30,831 nucleotides of DNA, taken from contig DASZQY010000239.1 in assembly GCA_035549395.1 (NCBI GenBank), forward strand, positions 1-30,831, read 5' to 3'. Shown piece after piece: positions 10,701 to 19,113 of this stretch. Each line of letters begins with the position of its first letter. Position 1 is the first letter of the stretch. Made by a program: the position numbers and the translations under genes. The stretch comes from Bauldia sp. GTDB lineage: Bacteria; Pseudomonadota; Alphaproteobacteria; Rhizobiales; Kaistiaceae. The notes under the pieces are model-generated. The model did not search any database and was not told where the DNA came from. It saw only the letters and a program-made list of their open reading frames with translations.

Positions 10701-11513
10701 TCATTTCACTGAGCCGAGCAGTCCTTCGACGAACTGCCGCTGGAGGACGAAGAAGATGATGAGCGTGGGCAGTGTGGCGAAGATCGTGGCAAGCAGGATC
10801 ATGCCGTAGTCGGGCGTGTAGGCGTAGGCGATCGCCGAGACGATCAGCGTCACCGTCTTCTGCTCGTTGGTCTGCAGTACGATCAGCGGCCACAGGTAGT
10901 TGTTCCAGTTGGCCATGAACACGATGATGATCGCTGCGGCGTAGGTCGAGCGCATCACTGGCACGTAGATGAACAGGAATATCTGCCATTCCCTGAGGCC
11001 GTCGACGCGTGCCGCGTCGCGGAGCTCGGAAGGGAAGGCCTTGGTCGCCTGGCGGAAGTAGAAAATGATGAAGATGGAGGCGATGCCGGGCAGGATCACC
11101 GCGGCATACGTGTTGATGAGGTGCGCCCGCGAGATCATGGCGAAGAGCGGCACCATCAGCGCGGCAAATGGGATGCTGAGGAGCAGCAGCAGGACGCTGA
11201 AGATGCGGTCGCGGGTGCGCGAGCGGAAAATCTCGAAGCCGTAGCCGGCCAGTGAGGAGACGGCTAGCGTCGCGACTGTGGCGATGACGGCGATCTCAAC
11301 CGAATTCCAGAAGACGCGCGGCACGTCGACGGTCGAGAAGAGCGTCTTCAGATTGGCGAGCAGATTGCCACCGATCGTCGCCTTGCCGCGGATGATATCG
11401 GCGGAGCGGTTCGTGGCGCCGACCACCATCCAGTAAAACGGAAACAGCGAGACAAACGCCGCGAGGGCGAGCAACAGATAGAGAACGCCACGGCGGATGA
11501 GAGCCATGCTCAT
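10701..11513 (-). CDS. lacG: Lactose ABC permease (MalG-like)
   Basis: EAA-type loop ELRDAARVDG, WNNYLWPL; ATG overlaps the lacF TGA (ATGA). Confidence 0.88.
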   Translation of the reverse strand: MSMALIRRGVLYLLLALAAFVSLFPFYWMVVGATNRSADIIRGKATIGGNLLANLKTLFSTVDVPRVFWNSVEIAVIATVATLAVSSLAGYGFEIFRSRTRDRIFSVLLLLLSIPFAALMVPLFAMISRAHLINTYAAVILPGIASIFIIFYFRQATKAFPSELRDAARVDGLREWQIFLFIYVPVMRSTYAAAIIIVFMANWNNYLWPLIVLQTNEQKTVTLIVSAIAYAYTPDYGMILLATIFATLPTLIIFFVLQRQFVEGLLGSVK

Positions 11514-12454
11514 GCTGGCCGCCGCCGGTCGCGGGCGATGAGAAATTGGATCAGGCTGAGGATCGCGACGATCACCACGATGACCCACGACACCGTCGCG
11601 GAATAGCCGAAGCTCGGCATGAAGCGGAAGGTCAGATTGTAGATGTAGAGGGAGAGGGTGAGGGTGGCGTCGGACGGGCCGCCGGTACCCGAGGTAATGT
11701 TGTAGACCTCGTCGAAGAGCTGCAGCGTGCCGATGGTCGAGACGACGGTGGTGAACAGGATCACCGGCTTCAGCAAGGGCACGGTGAGATGCACGAAGCG
11801 GGCCCAGCCGGGCACGCCGTCAATGCGGGCGCTTTCGTAGATCGAGCGGTCGATGTTCTGCAGCGCTGCCAGGTAGAAAATCATGTTGTAGCCGGTCCAG
11901 CGCCACGTGATCGCGAGAATGATGACGACTTTCGCCCAGAACGGATTACTCAGCCACGGTATCGGGGCGCCGGTCAGGTGCGCCGCCAGCAGGCCGTGAT
12001 TTATGATGCCGTCGCCGGCGAACATCGATTTGAACACGACGGAATACGCGACCAGCGAGGTGACACAGGGCAAGAAGACGGCGGTGCGGAAGAAGCCGCG
12101 TCCCCGCAGACTCGAATCGTTGAGTGCGACGGCGAGCAGCAGCGCCAGCACGATCATTATCGGCACCTGCACGATGAAGAAGATGCAGGTATTCGTAAGA
12201 GCGCGAATAAAGACCGGATCATGCGCCAGGCGGGCGATGTTGGCCAAGCCGCCGAAGCTGAGATTCATCCCTTTGCCGACCTGGAAGCTCATCCATAGCG
12301 ACCAGAGAATGGGATAGATCAGAAAGATACCGAGCAGCACGAGAGCGGGCGCGATGAACAGCCAGCCGCTCGCTTGTTCGCCACGGCCGAGCCGGCTCCC
12401 CGCGCCGAGGCGCGATGTTGCTGCCAGCGGGCTGTTTAGCTTTGCCTCTGCCAC
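11510..12454 (-). CDS. lacF: Lactose ABC permease (MalF-like)
   Basis: WRWTGYNMIFYLAALQ, YESARIDG, LQLFDE; start uncertain (GTG 12454 chosen, track gives 12496). Confidence 0.86.
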   Translation of the reverse strand: MAEAKLNSPLAATSRLGAGSRLGRGEQASGWLFIAPALVLLGIFLIYPILWSLWMSFQVGKGMNLSFGGLANIARLAHDPVFIRALTNTCIFFIVQVPIMIVLALLLAVALNDSSLRGRGFFRTAVFLPCVTSLVAYSVVFKSMFAGDGIINHGLLAAHLTGAPIPWLSNPFWAKVVIILAITWRWTGYNMIFYLAALQNIDRSIYESARIDGVPGWARFVHLTVPLLKPVILFTTVVSTIGTLQLFDEVYNITSGTGGPSDATLTLSLYIYNLTFRFMPSFGYSATVSWVIVVIVAILSLIQFLIARDRRRPA

Positions 12455-12500
12455 CGTTATCCGACCTGTCAGGTGCCGGTCCCTTTTCGTCGCCACGCTA

Positions 12501-12583
12501 CCCCGGCGAGAGCGGCCGGGGCGAACGCGCCGATAATAGAGGGCGCGTTCGCGAGATGCGGAGGAGCCACGACGCAGCTCCTC
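12501..12583 (-). other. Three tandem intercistronic stem-loops between lacE and lacF
   Basis: CCCCGGC/GCCGGGG (12501-12521, 7 bp), GCGAACGCGCC/GGCGCGTTCGC (12521-12552, 11 bp), GAGGAGC/GCTCCTC (12561-12583, 7 bp); no U-tract. Confidence 0.6.
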
Positions 12584-12591
12584 TGGCGATG

Positions 12592-13869
12592 CTACTGGAT
12601 CTGGCCTTGCGCCTGATCGTTGATCGCCTGCAGGGCGTCATCGACGGAGCCGCCCTTGATGATGTTGGGCAACTGCGCCTGGACGGCAGAATCGACCTCG
12701 GCGGTATAGACACCGTAGTCGACACCCGGAATCGCGGCGACCCAGTCGGAGAAGTCCTGCCAGACCGGCTGGCCGCCGAAGAAAGGATCGGAAGCCTTGT
12801 ACGCATCGCCGTCACGGGCGGGCAGATAGGTCGCGAAAGCGCCCTGGCCGATGAGGATCTTCTGGTAGAAGTCGACATCACTCCCCCAGATCGTTTTCAG
12901 GAAGTCGATTGCCGCTGGCTTGTTGGCCGAGGACGAAAGGACATACCAGCTCGAACCGCCCTGGTTTGAGGCATGCACGGCGTTGGGGAAGCCGGCGAGC
13001 TTCGGCAGAGGCGCAACGCCCCACTTGCCGGCCTGGTCGGCGTTGGCCTTGATGGTCCCGGTGATCCACACACCGACCGGCACCGCCGCCACCTCGCCGG
13101 AGGTGAAGGCACCGGTATAGTCGCTCCAGCCGGACACCGGCTTCACGATCCCGGCTTGCCAGATCTTGCCATACTCGGTCAGCGCCGCCTTGAGCGGAGC
13201 GTTGTCGAGGATGTCGAGCTTGCCGTCGGGGGTGAAGTACCACTGGCCGACTGACTGCATCATCATGCGGATGACGCCGTCGTCGTTGGTGTCGAGGTCA
13301 AGGAAGTCATGGCCCGTCTTGGCCTTCACGTCCTGGCCGATCTTGATGAGTTGGTCCCAGTCGATATCCTTGAGGTCATCTGCCTTGTAGCCGGCCTGGG
13401 CAAGGTAGTCTGAGCGGTAGAACAGCCCGGTGACGCCGGAATCGAACGGCAGAGAGTACGATTTGCCGTTATAGGTCGCGGCCTTCACCTTGTAGGCGGC
13501 GAATTTCGATTCATCGATGCTGTCGGAGAGCGGCTCGAAAGCGCCCGGGAACGCCTGCAGGTATTTCTGCGCCACGTCGTCCTGGATGAGAACGATGTCC
13601 GGCAGCCCTTCGGTGCTGTTGGCGAGCAGCTGAGCTTGCAGTTTGGCGCGTATGTCGTCCTGGCTCATCGAGTCGACGATATTGAGCGTGACGTCCGGAT
13701 GCGCCTTCGTGTAGCGCGCCCCGGCCTCGCGCATGGCGGCGCCGTTGAAGTTGGTGTCCCAGCACCAGACCGTGATCGTGGTAGCGGCAAATGCGGCCGA
13801 AGCCATCATCATGCCTGCGCCGGCGACGGCAATGCCGAGCGCGCGGCGCCAGCTGGCGTAGCGAGTCAT
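12592..13869 (-). CDS. lacE: Lactose ABC substrate-binding protein (CUT1)
   Basis: Signal peptide then TITVWCWD, PFDSGVTGLFYR, SNQGGSSWY; ATG 13869 has GGAGG 6 nt upstream; head of lacEFGZK. Confidence 0.88.
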   Translation of the reverse strand: MTRYASWRRALGIAVAGAGMMMASAAFAATTITVWCWDTNFNGAAMREAGARYTKAHPDVTLNIVDSMSQDDIRAKLQAQLLANSTEGLPDIVLIQDDVAQKYLQAFPGAFEPLSDSIDESKFAAYKVKAATYNGKSYSLPFDSGVTGLFYRSDYLAQAGYKADDLKDIDWDQLIKIGQDVKAKTGHDFLDLDTNDDGVIRMMMQSVGQWYFTPDGKLDILDNAPLKAALTEYGKIWQAGIVKPVSGWSDYTGAFTSGEVAAVPVGVWITGTIKANADQAGKWGVAPLPKLAGFPNAVHASNQGGSSWYVLSSSANKPAAIDFLKTIWGSDVDFYQKILIGQGAFATYLPARDGDAYKASDPFFGGQPVWQDFSDWVAAIPGVDYGVYTAEVDSAVQAQLPNIIKGGSVDDALQAINDQAQGQIQ

Positions 13870-13922
13870 GAACATCCTCCCGTTTCGAGGCGCTGGTTCC
13901 TCCGCGCGCCTCCAGCCAGGCG

Positions 13923-13951
13923 ACGTTAGCCGCAGAAATCTGCCGGTGCAA
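13923..13951 (-). promoter_or_regulatory. Candidate sigma70 promoter of the lac operon (TTGCAC-N17-TAACGT)
   Basis: -35 at 13946-13951, -10 at 13923-13928, 17-nt spacer, correct orientation about 55 nt upstream of lacE. Confidence 0.55.
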
Positions 13952-13958
13952 TAAATTC

Positions 13959-13972
13959 AGTAAATATTTATC
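13959..13972. promoter_or_regulatory. Candidate LacR/EbgR-type operator AGTAAATATTTATC
   Basis: Contains the perfect palindrome TAAATATTTA (13961-13970) in an AT-rich patch next to the -35; resembles the AGTAAA-nn-TTTACT motif I recall for the EbgR subfamily. Confidence 0.55.
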
Positions 13973-13980
13973 TCGCGTTT

Positions 13981-15006
13981 TTAGCTAAGCTCGGACGCAT
14001 GTCGTGTGCTGCCCCGCCAGATGATCTCGTTGGCCAGGATGATGCGCTTGGCAAGGTTGCGGCCGGCCATGCGCTCGAGCATCAGCTCGACCGCCGTCTC
14101 GCCGATCTCCTCGGCGGGCAGGTGGACCGTGGTCAGCGGGGGAGTGAGAAACTGGGCCACGGAGATGTCGTTGAAGCTCGCGATCGCGACGTCGTCGGGG
14201 ATGGCGCGACCGAGCTCGTGTGCCGCCCGGTAGGCGCCGACGGCGATGTTGTCGTTACAGGTAATGATCGCGTCAGGCGGTTCGCGCTGCGACAGAAGCC
14301 GCATGCCAAGGTGGTATCCGGTCTGCTCGGTGTTGCGCTCGACACTGCGCTCGGTCACGCACAGGGCGGGGTCGAAATTGCCGCGCTCCTCCATCCAGCC
14401 GACATAGGTCCGGCAGCGGAGCTCGCTGAACGGGTCGCTACTGTTTTCTTCCGCCCAACCAGCGAAGCCGATGCGGCGGTAGCCGACGGCCGTAAGACCG
14501 GCGAGGAGCTGCCGCATGGCGAGCGGGAGGTCGCTCTGCACGCTGTCGAAGCCGCCATCCGGCGGCGTGAAGTCAGCGAACACGAGATGCCGGCTATGGC
14601 GTTTCAGCCAGCCGATTTCGGCCTCGCGATGGATACCGATCGCGATCACGCCCGAGGCACCTTGGAGCAGCGAAGCCTCCGGCAGCGAGTCGGTATGATA
14701 GACCTTGACGGTCTCCACCTTGAGCGCGTGACAACGGCTCTCGATGCCGAGGCGCAGTCCGACGTAGTAGGGGTCGATCAGCTCCTGCTCCGGCTTGAGG
14801 AAATGCACCAGCGCGATTTTGTTCAGACCGTGGCTGCTGGCGCGGTTACGGGCGCGCGGCGTGGCATAGTTCAGCGCCTCCGCCGTCTCGATGATCGCCT
14901 GGCGCTTGCGCGCCGTGATCGACAGCGTCTGGTCGAAATTCAGCACCCGCGAGACGGTGGCTGTCGATACGCCTACCGCGTCGGCTATTTCCTTCAGCGT
15001 GACCAT
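13981..15006 (-). CDS. lacR: LacI-family regulator, EbgR-like, of the lac operon
   Basis: MVTLKEIADAVGVSTATVSRVLNFDQTLS, with the insertion after VLN that is typical of EbgR; 341 aa; directly upstream of lacE. Confidence 0.88.
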   Translation of the reverse strand: MVTLKEIADAVGVSTATVSRVLNFDQTLSITARKRQAIIETAEALNYATPRARNRASSHGLNKIALVHFLKPEQELIDPYYVGLRLGIESRCHALKVETVKVYHTDSLPEASLLQGASGVIAIGIHREAEIGWLKRHSRHLVFADFTPPDGGFDSVQSDLPLAMRQLLAGLTAVGYRRIGFAGWAEENSSDPFSELRCRTYVGWMEERGNFDPALCVTERSVERNTEQTGYHLGMRLLSQREPPDAIITCNDNIAVGAYRAAHELGRAIPDDVAIASFNDISVAQFLTPPLTTVHLPAEEIGETAVELMLERMAGRNLAKRIILANEIIWRGSTRHASELS

Positions 15007-15018
15007 GGGATTGTGACG

Positions 15019-15049
15019 AAGCCGGTTTGGTCTCCCAAAGCCGGTTTGG
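15019..15049. repeat. 12-bp direct repeat AAGCCGGTTTGG x2, 19-bp period
   Basis: Copies at 15019-15030 and 15038-15049, starting 12 nt upstream of the lacR ATG. Confidence 0.7.
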
Positions 15050-15206
15050 CGTCCAAAAGCAAGTCCCGGGCAAAAGTCTTGGCGCGACGCGGTCTGCGAC
15101 TGTTCGTCGTTCGCTTGCGCCATCCCGCTGCGGAGGCCGCCGCAGGTGCCGCCTCGCCTGTCATCTGCGGCAGCTCCGCCCTGAAACAGCAACCGTCAGA
15201 GCCATC

Positions 15207-17204
15207 ATGACAACCGATACCGCACTTCGTTGGGGCATCCTCGGTCCCGGCACCATAGCAAAGACTTTCGCTGTGGCGGTGGCGCACGCACCGGGCGCAC
15301 GACTGGTCGCGATCGGTACGCGCGATCCGGCAAAGCCCGGCCTCGCCGATGCTTTCCCCGGTACGCGCATCCTCAACGGATACGAGGCGCTGCTCGCCGA
15401 CCCGGAGGTCGAGGCGATCTACATCGCAACGCCGCACAGCGGCCACGCCGAATGGGCGATACGCGCTGCCGAAGCGGGCAAGCATGTGCTCTGCGAGAAG
15501 CCGATGGCCGTCTCCGCCCACGAAGCGGAGGCGATGATCCACGCTGCGCGCAAGGCCGGCACCTTCCTCGGCGAGGCGTTCATGTACCGTCTGCATCCGC
15601 AAACGGCGAAGCTCATCGACATGGTGAAAAGCGGCACGATCGGCGAAGTCCGCGCGGTGAAGGCGAGCTTCGGCTTCCGCATGGGAAATCCCGATCCGAA
15701 GCATCGCCTGCTCGCCAACGATACTGCCGGTGGCGGCATCCTCGACATCTGCTGCTACCCGGTTTCGGCGGCGCGGCTGATCGCCGGCGCTGCGGTTGGG
15801 GCGCCGTTCGCCGATCCGCTGAAGGTGCTGGGCGTCGGGCACATCGGTGCGACCGGCGTCGACGAGTGGGCGTCGGCGGTGCTGCAGTTTCCCCGCGATA
15901 TCCTTGCCGACGTCAGTGGTGGCGTCAGCCTGGCGCATGACAACCAGGTGCGCATCTTCGGCACCGAAGGATGGATCGAGGTCAGGTCGCCGTGGTTCGC
16001 GAGCGGCCGCCAGGGCGGCAGCGCCGACATCGTCGTCCATCGTCCGGACGGCAAGGATGAGACCGTCACGGTGACCGAGCCGCGCTGGCTCTACACCTTC
16101 GAGATCGAGGCGGCGGGGCAGGCGATCCGCGCCGGCCGCCAGGAATTCGATCCGCCGGGCATGACCTGGGCCGACACGCTCGGCAACATGCGCGTCCTCG
16201 ACAAGTGGCGCGCGGCAATCGGGCTGGAGTTCGGGATCGAGAAGGCCGAGCGGCGTGCGACGAAACTCAATGGCCGTCCGCTCGCCAGGCCAAAGAAGCC
16301 CATGCGCCGCATGAAGATCGCCGGTATCGACAAGCCGACTTCCGCACTGGCCCTCGGTGCCGTCGGCTTGGAGACCCCCGCCCACGCCGCGATCCTGCTC
16401 GACGCGTTCTACGAGCGCGGCGGCACTGTCGTGGACACCGCCTGGAATTATTTCGCCGGCCGTGCCGATCGCGTCGTTGGCGGCTGGATGGAGACGCGTG
16501 GCGTGCGCGAGGACATGGTCGTGCTCGCCAAGGGCCTGCACTCGCCGCTCACCTATCCCGATGTCATCGCCCGCCAGCTCGCGGATTCGCTGGAGCGTCT
16601 GCGCACCGGCTACGCCGACATCTATGTACTTCATCGCGACAATCTCGACGTGCCGGTGGGTGAGTTCGTCGATGCCATGGATGTCGAAGTGCGGGCCGGC
16701 CGTGTCCGCGTGTGGGGCGGCTCGAACTGGACGCGCGAGCGCATCGATGCCGCGGTCGCGTACGCGAAGAAGGCAGGCAAAACGCCACCCACCGTCATCT
16801 CCAACAATTTCTCGCTTGCCGAGATGATCGAGGCACCGTGGGCGGGCTGCATCGCGTCTTCCGATGCCGCCTGGCGCCCATGGCTGAAGGAGCGGCAGAT
16901 GCCGCTGCTCGCCTGGTCGAGCCAGGCGCAGGGCTTCTTCACCGAGCGCGGCGAGCGCAACGAACCGGACCTGATCCGGTGCTGGGGGAGTTCGGCGAAC
17001 TTCCAGCGCCGGGCCCGGGCGGCGGAGCTTGGCGCGAAGCGCGGCAAGAAGGCGCTCCACGTCGCCCTCGCTTATTGCCTGTTCCAGGACTTCCCCGTGC
17101 TGCCGCTGATCGGCCCGCTCACCCTGCAGGAGCTCGAGGATTCGCTGGAGGCACTCGACATCGAACTCAGCCCCGCCGACGTGCGCTGGCTGGAGAACGG
17201 CTAA
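15207..17204 (+). CDS. Fused Gfo/Idh/MocA oxidoreductase + aldo/keto reductase (665 aa)
   Basis: N-half WGILGPGTIA, IYIATPH, VLCEKP, GGGILDICCY; C-half from about 16302 with DTAWNY, LAKG, LHRD, GGSNW, PLIGP. One continuous frame. Confidence 0.9.
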   Translation: MTTDTALRWGILGPGTIAKTFAVAVAHAPGARLVAIGTRDPAKPGLADAFPGTRILNGYEALLADPEVEAIYIATPHSGHAEWAIRAAEAGKHVLCEKPMAVSAHEAEAMIHAARKAGTFLGEAFMYRLHPQTAKLIDMVKSGTIGEVRAVKASFGFRMGNPDPKHRLLANDTAGGGILDICCYPVSAARLIAGAAVGAPFADPLKVLGVGHIGATGVDEWASAVLQFPRDILADVSGGVSLAHDNQVRIFGTEGWIEVRSPWFASGRQGGSADIVVHRPDGKDETVTVTEPRWLYTFEIEAAGQAIRAGRQEFDPPGMTWADTLGNMRVLDKWRAAIGLEFGIEKAERRATKLNGRPLARPKKPMRRMKIAGIDKPTSALALGAVGLETPAHAAILLDAFYERGGTVVDTAWNYFAGRADRVVGGWMETRGVREDMVVLAKGLHSPLTYPDVIARQLADSLERLRTGYADIYVLHRDNLDVPVGEFVDAMDVEVRAGRVRVWGGSNWTRERIDAAVAYAKKAGKTPPTVISNNFSLAEMIEAPWAGCIASSDAAWRPWLKERQMPLLAWSSQAQGFFTERGERNEPDLIRCWGSSANFQRRARAAELGAKRGKKALHVALAYCLFQDFPVLPLIGPLTLQELEDSLEALDIELSPADVRWLENG

Positions 17205-17273
17205 GCACCGGCCGACGTCGACGACGTCCTTGGCCTCGGTTGTTGAAGGTTGCCGCCCCGAGCCGAGCCGAGC

Positions 17274-17356
17274 TTGAAACGATACGTTTTGCTCGCGCCA
17301 TGCATTTTCTGAAGCTATTGAAATAAAAGAAAAGTATTCGATTGAATCGAATTGAA
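17274..17356 (+). promoter_or_regulatory. Candidate paired LacI operators / AT-rich promoter of the M24-cupin unit
   Basis: TTGAAACGATACG (17274-17286) and TCGATTGAATCGAATTGAA (17338-17356); both have counterparts at the same spacing at 19114-19196. Confidence 0.65.
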
Positions 17357-17412
17357 AATCGTGCATGGTATGAGACATAGCACGTGGGCAAACTCAGGAA
17401 CGCAACGTCGGG

Positions 17413-18636
17413 ATGGCGATAGCGGCCGAGATACAAAATCGATCGTTTGATCCCTGGGCCGTGATCGGCAGGGCGGAGTTTGCCGAACGCCAGGTGCGCT
17501 TCCGGCAGGCAATGCTGGCGGCCGGTTTCCGCGCGGCGCTCGTGGCGTCACGCGGCGGCGGTGCGCCTGATATGTCCGCCGACGTGCTGTGGCTGGCCAA
17601 TCACTACGTGCCCGGTCCGTACGTGGGCGACGAGGCCGGCCTCGGCCGTGCGCGCCAGCATGCTTTTCTCGTCTTCGGCGAAGCGCGGACGATCGCGGTC
17701 GCGGACGTGGAGTCGCTGCGCACCGATCTCCTGGTGGCCGATCGTCTCGATCTCAACGTGGACGTGCCCGCCGCCGTTGGTGCCGCATTGCGTGAGCAGG
17801 GTACCGGCTCCGGGCGCGTGCTGCTTGTCGGTGCGTCGTATATGACCGCCGCCGCCTACCTGTCGTTGCGGCGCGAGTTGCCACAGGTCGAGTTCGTGGT
17901 CGACGACGGTTTCGTCAAGCGGCTGCGCATGCTGAAGTCGCCGGCGGAACTCGCATTGCTCCGCGCCGCCTCGCAGCTCGGCGACCGTGCCATTGAAGCT
18001 GTCGTTGACGCAGTGGTGGAAGGCGCGACGGAAGCCGACGCCGTCGCGCTTGGCGCTGCCGAGATTTACCGCGGCGGTGGTGCGCCCTACGACATCGTCT
18101 GCGGGTCGGGATCCGACGCCCATCTTTATACGCGTCATCGCCTGCCGTCCGCCGACTCGGTCCGCCGCTTCGTCAAGGGCGATCTGTTTCATGTCGACGT
18201 TTACGGCTCTCTGGGCGGCTATTTCTTTGATCTGGCCCGTTCGCGATGTGTCGGTGACACGCCCGACAAGCAGCAGCGCCAGTTGCTCGAGACGCCAATC
18301 GCCATCGTCGAGGCGATCTGCGCGGCCGTTCGTCCGGGCGCCGTCGCGGAGGATCTGGCTGAGATCGGCCGCTCCACTGAAGTTGAAGTCAGTCCATTCG
18401 ACAGCCGGCTGTCAGAACGCGCATCATTCCCTGCCTATGGCCACGGCCTCGGCGTGAGCTGGGAGGGACCGTACATCGCGCCTGGCGACAAATCGCAGCT
18501 CCAGGCCGGCATGTGTCTGGCCATCGAATGTCGCATCGGACGCGAAGGACATGGTGGCGCGATGTTCGAGCAGGTCGGCGCCGTCACTGAAAATGGCTTC
18601 GACCAGTTCACTCATGCGCGGGCCCGCTGGTGGTGA
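17413..18636 (+). CDS. M24-family (creatinase/aminopeptidase-P fold) metallohydrolase
   Basis: Creatinase-N-like domain, MLKSPAELALLR linker, metal ligands D-x10-D (HVD...FFD), GHG, AIE, FEQ. Confidence 0.88.
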   Translation: MAIAAEIQNRSFDPWAVIGRAEFAERQVRFRQAMLAAGFRAALVASRGGGAPDMSADVLWLANHYVPGPYVGDEAGLGRARQHAFLVFGEARTIAVADVESLRTDLLVADRLDLNVDVPAAVGAALREQGTGSGRVLLVGASYMTAAAYLSLRRELPQVEFVVDDGFVKRLRMLKSPAELALLRAASQLGDRAIEAVVDAVVEGATEADAVALGAAEIYRGGGAPYDIVCGSGSDAHLYTRHRLPSADSVRRFVKGDLFHVDVYGSLGGYFFDLARSRCVGDTPDKQQRQLLETPIAIVEAICAAVRPGAVAEDLAEIGRSTEVEVSPFDSRLSERASFPAYGHGLGVSWEGPYIAPGDKSQLQAGMCLAIECRIGREGHGGAMFEQVGAVTENGFDQFTHARARWW

Positions 18637-18737
18637 GATGCAGCTCCATCGTTCCGGCCGGCTGGCGCGGCATGCCATTGGCAATCTTGTGACCATGCCG
18701 CAACTGCGGTGCTCTCCCGTCAACATAGGAATCGCTT

Positions 18738-19097
18738 GTGACCAAGACTGATGTCGTTATCGCGACCGACGTGCCGAGCGCCGTGCTCGACCTGCGCGGC
18801 CCGCTGCCCAATCCCATCCAAGGCGATCCAACGGCATACGCATTGCGCGCATGGACGGCCCCGTCGGGCGCCATCCGCACCGGCATCTGGGAGTGCACGC
18901 CGGGAGTATTCCCTGGCGACTATCCGGATAGCGAGTGGTGTTACCTGCTCAGCGGCCGCGTCACGCTCACCGCGAAAGGCGCCGACCCGGTCGAGGCGGG
19001 CCCCGGCGCAATGATCCTGTTCCCGGCCGGGTGGGAGGGGACCTGGCATGTCCACGAGACGGTCCGGAAGGTGTTCGTTGCCGGCTCGCTGAAGTAG
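18738..19097 (+). CDS. Cupin (DUF861/cupin_3, EutQ-like)
   Basis: GIWECTPG, EWCYLLSGRV, FPAGWEGTWHVHETVRK; GTG with AGGA 7 nt upstream; 119 aa. Confidence 0.88.
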   Translation: MTKTDVVIATDVPSAVLDLRGPLPNPIQGDPTAYALRAWTAPSGAIRTGIWECTPGVFPGDYPDSEWCYLLSGRVTLTAKGADPVEAGPGAMILFPAGWEGTWHVHETVRKVFVAGSLK

Positions 19098-19113
19098 CGA
19101 TCAGACCGGCGCA

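Noticed and set aside
10678-10989. ORF-track N-terminal extensions (lacZ to 10989, SBP to 6317, fusion from 15027, LacI from 26660, SBP from 27738)
   Set aside because: They overlap neighbouring genes or promoters; downstream starts fit SD position, signal peptides or domain boundaries better.
17205-17273. GACGTC repeats and (CCGAG)3 after the oxidoreductase gene
   Set aside because: Too short, no U-tract, not a CRISPR repeat or a convincing terminator.
14994-17378. 794-aa minus-strand ORF and other long antisense or alternate-frame ORFs (3167-4393, 4950-6413, 8686-9876, 13999-15210, 28122-29303)
   Set aside because: They shadow well-supported genes, carry no recognisable motifs, and are expected in high-GC, GC3-biased DNA.
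18667-18701. 8-bp inverted repeat GCGGCATG/CATGCCGC between the M24 and cupin genes
   Set aside because: Large loop and no tail; plausible by chance at this GC content.
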